Source of the DNA: Dehalococcoidia bacterium
GTDB taxonomy: Bacteria; Chloroflexota; Dehalococcoidia; Lucifugimonadales; UBA3495
NCBI GenBank assembly: GCA_022823505.1
Contig: JAJEIA010000034.1
Location: forward strand, 15,492-79,491
DNA length: 64,000 nucleotides
Reading direction: 5' to 3'
In this document: positions 58,450 through 64,000 of the stretch, one piece after another
Position numbering within the stretch: the stretch's first letter is position 1
Layout of the letters: every line of letters begins with the position of its first letter
Translations under genes and position numbers: made by a program
Notes under the pieces: model-generated
The model's database searches: none
Seen by the model: only the letters and a program-made list of their open reading frames with translations
What the model was told of the DNA's origin: nothing

Positions 58450-59825
58450 GCGCGTGCTCCTTGGTTCAAAAGGGTTTCCTCCTCGAATACGATCCGGCCG
58501 CCAACCATCGTGGCGGCGATCTGCCCCTGCAGCTCAACCCCGTCCAGCGGCGTGTTGCGCCCCATGGACGCAAATTGGCTCACGTCCACCGTCCAGCGCG
58601 CGTCGGGATCGAAGATCACCAGGTCGGCGGGCGTCCCCGGCGAAAGCGAAGCGTACGGCACGAATGCATCGCCCAGCACTCGGGCCGGCCCAACGGTCAG
58701 CCGTTCGATCATCGTGTTCAAATCGATTGATCCCCGGTGCACCGGCGCCATGAGCGTGCCCAGCGCGGTTTCCAGGACGCTGATGCCAAAGGCCGCGTCG
58801 TTGTACGTGCATTCCTTGCTGGCGCGCTCGTGGGGCGCGTGGTCGGTGGCCACACAGTCGATGGCGCCGTCGGCCAGGCCGGCGAGGCACGCTGCAACGT
58901 CGTCATGGCTCCGCAGCGGCGGGTACACCTTGGTGGCGGTGTCATAGGCCATTGCGCCGGTCGCCTCGGCGTCACCCTGGCCGCCCAGGGCCCACTCGTC
59001 GGTCAGCCACAGGTGATGGGGGCAAACCTCAGCGGTCACGGCGATGCCGCGTTCTTTGGCCTCGCGCACCATGGACACGCTGCCGGCGGTGCTCAGGTGC
59101 GCCACGTGGAGCCGGCCCCCGGTGAGTCCGGCCAGCGCGATGTCCCGCGCCACCATGGCTTCCTCGGCCACGGCCGGTATGCCGGACAGGCCCAGGCGAC
59201 TGCTCACCCAGCCCTCGGCCATGACCCCGGAGGGACAGAGCGCGTGGTCCTGGCAGTGGTTGCTGATGGGCGCGCCGAGATCCCGGCTGTAGGTCAGGGC
59301 CAGGCGCATCAGGCCGGCGTCGTGCACCGGGTCGCCATCGTCGCTGAATGCCACCACGCCCGCCGCCGCCAGTTCCTCCATGTCGGCCAGTTCCCTGCCG
59401 GCCCGTCCGCGACTCACGCATCCGATGGCGCGGACCCGCACCGGCGCGTTCAAGGCCCGCCGCATCACCAGGTCGACCACCGCCTCGTTGTCCACCGGCG
59501 GGTCGGTGTTGGGCATGGCGCAGATGGTGGTGAAGCCACCCCGGGCGGCCGCCGCGGCGCCGGTCGCGATGGTCTCCTTGTATTCGTAACCCGGCTCGCG
59601 CAGGTGGGTGTGGATGTCGATGAAGCCGGGCGAGACGACCATCCCGGCGGCGTCGATCCGCCGGCCGTGTTCACCGATCGCCTCGGCGGGGATGTCATCG
59701 GCGACCTCGCGCACCACACCATTGCTGATCAGAACGTCGGCGAGTGCGTCTCTCCCATTCGCCGGGTCGATGACGCGGCCCCCGGCAATCAGCGTCGGCC
59801 CGGTGTTGTTCGCCCGCTCCGCCAT
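58446..59825 (-). CDS. pyrC: Dihydroorotase
   Basis: GFIDIHTHLREPG... is an amidohydrolase metal-ligand pattern; 459 aa. The gene overlaps pyrB and carA at its ends. Confidence 0.92.
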   Translation of the reverse strand: MAERANNTGPTLIAGGRVIDPANGRDALADVLISNGVVREVADDIPAEAIGEHGRRIDAAGMVVSPGFIDIHTHLREPGYEYKETIATGAAAAARGGFTTICAMPNTDPPVDNEAVVDLVMRRALNAPVRVRAIGCVSRGRAGRELADMEELAAAGVVAFSDDGDPVHDAGLMRLALTYSRDLGAPISNHCQDHALCPSGVMAEGWVSSRLGLSGIPAVAEEAMVARDIALAGLTGGRLHVAHLSTAGSVSMVREAKERGIAVTAEVCPHHLWLTDEWALGGQGDAEATGAMAYDTATKVYPPLRSHDDVAACLAGLADGAIDCVATDHAPHERASKECTYNDAAFGISVLETALGTLMAPVHRGSIDLNTMIERLTVGPARVLGDAFVPYASLSPGTPADLVIFDPDARWTVDVSQFASMGRNTPLDGVELQGQIAATMVGGRIVFEEETLLNQGARA

Positions 59826-60861
59826 CAGTCGCCGCCCGGTCCGGAACCCACCAGTTGGTACAGCAGGGCCATGCGGATGGCCACGCCGTTGGTCACCTGC
59901 TCCTCGATGAGCGAGCGCTCTCCGTGGGCCAGCGCCGTGCTGACCTCAATGCCCTCATTCATCGGCCCCGGGTGCATCAGCAGCGCGTTGGAGTTGGCCC
60001 GGGCCATGCGGGCGTCGTTCACCTGCCAACGGCGGATGTACTCCCGCATGCTGGGGAAGAAACCGACCTTCTGCCGCTCCAGCTGCAGCCGCAGGGCCAT
60101 CACCAGGTCCGCGCCCTCGATGGCCGCGTCCAGGTCCGGCTGCACGGTCACGTTGGCCAGCGGGTTGTGCATCCCGTTGCTGCTCGAGCCGGAGCCCCAA
60201 CCTGCCGAAGTGAAAGGGTCGGGCAGCAGCGTACGCGGGCCGCACAGCACCACGTTGGCTCCCAGCTTGGCGAAGCCCCAAACGGCGGAGCGGGCCACGC
60301 GGCTGTGCAGCACGTCGCCCACGATGACCACCCGGCGGCCCGCCAGGTCGCCCAGATGGTCCCGGGCGGTGTACAGGTCAAGCAGCCCCTGGGTCGGGTG
60401 GGCGTGGGCGCCGTCACCGGCGTTGATCACGGCCACGTTATCCAGGCTGCGGGCCAGGAAGTGCGGCGCGCCGGAGTGGGGGTGGCGCACCACGATGGCG
60501 TCGACGCCCATGGCCTGCAGCGTGAGCCCGGTGTTCAGCAATGACTCGCCTTTTTCGACGCTGCTGGCGGTGGCGGTCATGTTGATCACGTCGGCGCTGA
60601 GGATCTTGCCTGCCTCCTCAAAGGAGATGCGCGTGCGGGTGCTCGCCTCGTAGAACAGGGTGACCACGACCTTGCCGCGGAGGGTTGGCACCTTCTTGAC
60701 GTCGCGGTCCAGCACCTCGCGCATGGCCGCGGCGTCGTCGAGGACGGCGGTGATCTCCTCCGCCGTGAAGTCGTCCAGGTCCAGCACGTGCCGACGCCGG
60801 CCGTTCACGGGCGCGACCTGGCCGGAAACGGGGGCGGTCTCGATGGCCTGCCTCGTCGTCA

Positions 60862-60862
<1 letters not shown>
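59825..60862 (-). CDS. pyrB: Aspartate carbamoyltransferase catalytic subunit
   Basis: ...FYEASTRTRISFE...HPTQGLLD...HSRVARS.... The real start is the ATG at 60862. The 691-aa track ORF is this gene fused to an open out-of-frame run through pyrR. Confidence 0.92.
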
Positions 60863-61554
<692 letters not shown>

Positions 61555-61560
61555 TCACGC

Positions 61561-61585
61561 TTTGCCAGCCTCTCCGGACTGCCTT
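61561..61585 (-). promoter_or_regulatory. PyrR-binding loop (anti-antiterminator)
   Basis: The minus strand reads ...GGCAGUCCGGAGAGGCUGGCAAA.... This matches the PyrR recognition core (A/G)GUCCAGAGAGGCU with one A-to-G change. Confidence 0.6.
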
Positions 61586-61609
61586 AAAAGCGGCGTTGTA
61601 TGTGAATAG

Positions 61610-61618
61610 ATTGTAACA
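61610..61618 (-). promoter_or_regulatory. Extended -10 element (TGTTACAAT) for the pyr operon
   Basis: The minus strand reads gaattgTGtTACAATctattc, about 25 nt upstream of the PyrR-binding loop. The -35 element is weak. Confidence 0.35.
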
Positions 61619-61662
61619 CAATTCCCAGGAACCTTGAGACCGAATGCGCGGCTGGCGCAGGG

Positions 61663-61887
61663 CTATCGCATATGGATGTTGGCGAATTGGGAGAGGATGT
61701 TGATGAGGAAGTTGTCGTCCCAACCGGGCCGTTTCAGTTTGCCGCGCATGGCCCCCTTGCTTGGTTCCGGTTGCGCCGGGTTCAGCGCCAGTTTGCGCAA
61801 CAGGGCCAGGTTCTCCGCGCGATGCCCTTTCCGGTTCCGCGCCTGGTCTTCGTTGCAGGTTACGTCCAACACCCAATGCAATCGGTA
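61663..61887 (-). pseudogene. 3'-terminal remnant of an ISAs1-family transposase
   Basis: LHWVLDVTCNEDQARNRKGHRAENLALLRKLALN...WDDNFL matches the conserved C-terminus of ISAs1/H-repeat transposases (SLHWVLDVTF.ED..R.R.G.A..N...LR..ALNLL). An in-frame stop lies immediately upstream, so only about the last 73 residues remain. Confidence 0.65.
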
Positions 61888-62089
61888 TCAGGAAATGCAT
61901 CGGCCAACTTGTTCATGGTGCCCTCCCCTCCGCCACGGTTTGGACAACATCATGACCGGCGCCTAAATGTTTTATATGAGATAGCCCAGCGTCCGGGGCA
62001 ACTGAAGGTTGACCGCCTGAGACCGTCGTGATAGTTTACGGGCGTTAACATTCGAACATCCCAACCAACGCCTGTTGGTGGCCCGTCGC

Positions 62090-62305
62090 TCCAACCTTTT
62101 GCCGACGCCAGTCGGTACGCGGTCGGAAAGAGCGGGACAAAAGGAAATCCGGTGAAAATCCGGTGCGGTCGCGCCACTGTAATTGGCGAGACGCGCTTCT
62201 TGCGGCATCCCGCCAGAAAGGATGTCGATGAAAACCACTGTCCGCCCCAGCGGATGGGAAGGTGGAGACGCGTCGCTATGAGCCATCAGCCAGGAAGCCT
62301 GCCAT
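62090..62305 (+). promoter_or_regulatory. Cobalamin (B12) riboswitch aptamer
   Basis: AAAAGGAAAUCCGGUGAAAAUCCGGUGCGGUCGCGCCACUGUAA (62140-62182) and the B12 box CAGCCAGGAAGCCUGCC (62287-62303) match the conserved cores of the cobalamin riboswitch. Confidence 0.75.
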
Positions 62306-62397
62306 CAGGGGTACTCTGGCTGCACTTCGCGGAACGAGTGAAGCAGATCTGTTGGCAGGTTGCGAATCCGCAACAGTCCAACAGGACGCCCGAAAAC

Positions 62398-62431
62398 GAG
62401 CCCCGTTCGCCCAGTGCGGACGGGGTCTTTT
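62398..62431 (+). terminator. Intrinsic terminator (riboswitch expression platform)
   Basis: CCCCGU(62401-62406)...ACGGGG(62420-62425) followed by UCUUUU. It lies between the aptamer and the ABC-binding-protein start. Confidence 0.5.
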
Positions 62432-62537
62432 GCTGCCCCAAAACGGACAGCGTCCCCGCGCCGCTGATCCTGCGAAGTTGGAACTTGTTTGAGCGGTGGT
62501 GTTCGTCGAAAACCACGGGACGTCCAGGAGGACAAAG

Positions 62538-64000
62538 ATGCCTAACATACTGTCAAACAGTTTAAGAGTCGCATCACCAATCGGCCTGGGCCTGATGTTC
62601 CTGTTGGCGGTGGCCTGCGGGTCTCCCGCCGCGACCAGTGAACCGGCCTCGCCGGCGGCTGTCAGTGCGCCTGAGGCAACCGCCCCGGCCGCCGCCGCTC
62701 CCCAGCAGGCGGTCACGATCGCCACTCCGGTTCAGTCTGCGGAGTCATCATCCCCCACGCAGCAACCGGCCGAGCAGCCGGCTGCAGCCGTTGGGAATCG
62801 GCCCACGCTGAAAGCGGGCGTCATCTGGCTGGACAGCCCCCTGGATCCGGTGGAGGGCGGCTACGTCTCCACCCAATCGGCAATGTCGGAAACCTTGTTC
62901 CGACTCTCAGGAACCACCCTGAGTCCCGAACCGTGGCTGGCGACGGAGGCCACACAAGTGGACCCCTTCATCTGGAGGATAGGAATCCGGGAGGGCGTCA
63001 AGTTCCACAACGGGAACCTGATGGATGCGCAAGCAGTGAAGGCTTCCCTGGAGCGGGCTATCCGATTGTCGGCGGCGGCGGCCGATACATTGTCCGTTGA
63101 CACGATAACGGTCGAGGACGGGCAAACCATCACCATCACAACGACGGTACCGCAGCCCACCCTGCCGGGCTTGTTGATCTTGCCGGCCCTCGCCATCACC
63201 GATGCGGCGGCGGCGGACACAGCCGGAGAGGGCAATTTCATCGCTGCCAGAGCCCTTACCGGCCCGTACATCCCCACCGAGTACACTCCAAAGGAACGCC
63301 TCAACAGCGTAGCCAACGACGACTACTGGGGCGGGACACCTCCGCTGGCCGGCATTGAACACGTCGCCATTCCCGACACCAACAGCCGGGAGTTGGCCCT
63401 GCAGGCCGGGGACATCGACGTTGCCGTCAACGTCTCACCAGATGGCGCCCAGGCGATCAACGCACACCAGGGGACGCATACCGAGACATCCGGCATCGGC
63501 ACCTCGCTAGTCCTGTGGTGGGTGAATTTCGAGCGCGGCACCCTGGGCGACCCGCTGGTGCGCCGGGCGGTGGCCCACGCCATTGACCGGGAGAGCATCG
63601 CCGGTTTGGTCGCTCCTCCCGGATCCGGGTCCTTCGCTGAGCTGCTGCTCCCGGAAGCCCTGGTGGCGTGTCCCGGCGTAAACGCGCTGGGTTACGATCC
63701 TGACGCAGCGCGCGATTTGCTGGCGCAGGCCGGCTACGCCGACAGCGACGGTGACGGAATCCTGGACAAGGACGGCCAGCCGCTGGAAATTATTGTCGGC
63801 GGGTACCCCGAGCGGTTCCAGCTGCCCATTATGGCCGAGGCCGCCCAGGCAATGCTCGCTGATGTGGGTATCAAGGTAGATGTGCTCATAACAGAATGGT
63901 CGGTGGTCAAGGAACCCGCATGGGACCTCTTTGGCTGGTACAACACTGTCGTGCAAGGCGGGGGAGACCCGGTGTTCAACATCAGCAAGTTCGCCGGGTT
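62538..64000 (+). CDS. ABC transporter substrate-binding lipoprotein, family 5 (peptide/nickel, NikA-like). The C-terminus lies beyond the window.
   Basis: Not in the ORF track because there is no stop inside the window. My translation reads MPNILSNSLRVASPIGLGLMFLLAVACGS (lipobox), then an Ala/Pro-rich linker, then ...FHNGNLMDAQAVKASLER...NDDYWGG...ELALQAGDIDVA...VRRAVAHAIDRE..., a typical SBP_bac_5 pattern. A GGAGGA RBS lies at 62527. Confidence 0.85.
   Translation, partial: MPNILSNSLRVASPIGLGLMFLLAVACGSPAATSEPASPAAVSAPEATAPAAAAPQQAVTIATPVQSAESSSPTQQPAEQPAAAVGNRPTLKAGVIWLDSPLDPVEGGYVSTQSAMSETLFRLSGTTLSPEPWLATEATQVDPFIWRIGIREGVKFHNGNLMDAQAVKASLERAIRLSAAAADTLSVDTITVEDGQTITITTTVPQPTLPGLLILPALAITDAAAADTAGEGNFIAARALTGPYIPTEYTPKERLNSVANDDYWGGTPPLAGIEHVAIPDTNSRELALQAGDIDVAVNVSPDGAQAINAHQGTHTETSGIGTSLVLWWVNFERGTLGDPLVRRAVAHAIDRESIAGLVAPPGSGSFAELLLPEALVACPGVNALGYDPDAARDLLAQAGYADSDGDGILDKDGQPLEIIVGGYPERFQLPIMAEAAQAMLADVGIKVDVLITEWSVVKEPAWDLFGWYNTVVQGGGDPVFNISKFAG

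Noticed and set aside
58737-60653. 638-aa plus-strand ORF
   Set aside because: It is antisense to pyrC/pyrB and has shadow composition.

Overview
This is a high-GC bacterial chromosomal segment. GC was judged by eye, not computed. Gene content is reminiscent of Chloroflexota/SAR202-like genomes: anaerobic-type cbi genes, several CaiB-type CoA-transferases with crotonase and SDR genes, Uma2 endonucleases, DUF1501 and SBP56. I cannot verify that taxonomy from the sequence.

The backbone is housekeeping:
- acs, rel, prs, two lepB copies, pth, nudC, pheA, trkAH and leuS.
- A cobalamin cluster: cobH-cbiX-cbiD-cbiT-cbiL-cbiF-cbiG-cbiH.
- A pyrimidine operon, pyrR-pyrB-pyrC-carA...carB, with a PyrR attenuator.
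- A cobalamin riboswitch in front of a truncated NikA-like ABC binding protein.

Small, mostly lower-GC accessory insertions sit inside this backbone:
1. An intact stand-alone defence-type reverse transcriptase at the left edge. It is absent from the ORF track and sits beside a vapBC pair.
2. A two-domain rhodanese whose catalytic Cys codon is an in-frame TGA followed by a hairpin. This is a selenocysteine candidate.
3. Four paralogous single-lobe retropepsin-like aspartic protease genes (DTG motif) wedged against unrelated genes.
4. An AbiGi-like orphan gene.
5. A tandem pair of paralogous helical proteins sharing an R-x6-H (HEPN-like) motif, plus a Uma2 endonuclease. Both interrupt the cbi operon.
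6. A three-gene cassette, two of them membrane proteins, that splits carA from carB.

I saw no rRNA, tRNA or CRISPR array. Most long alternative-frame and antisense ORFs in the track are high-GC shadow ORFs.
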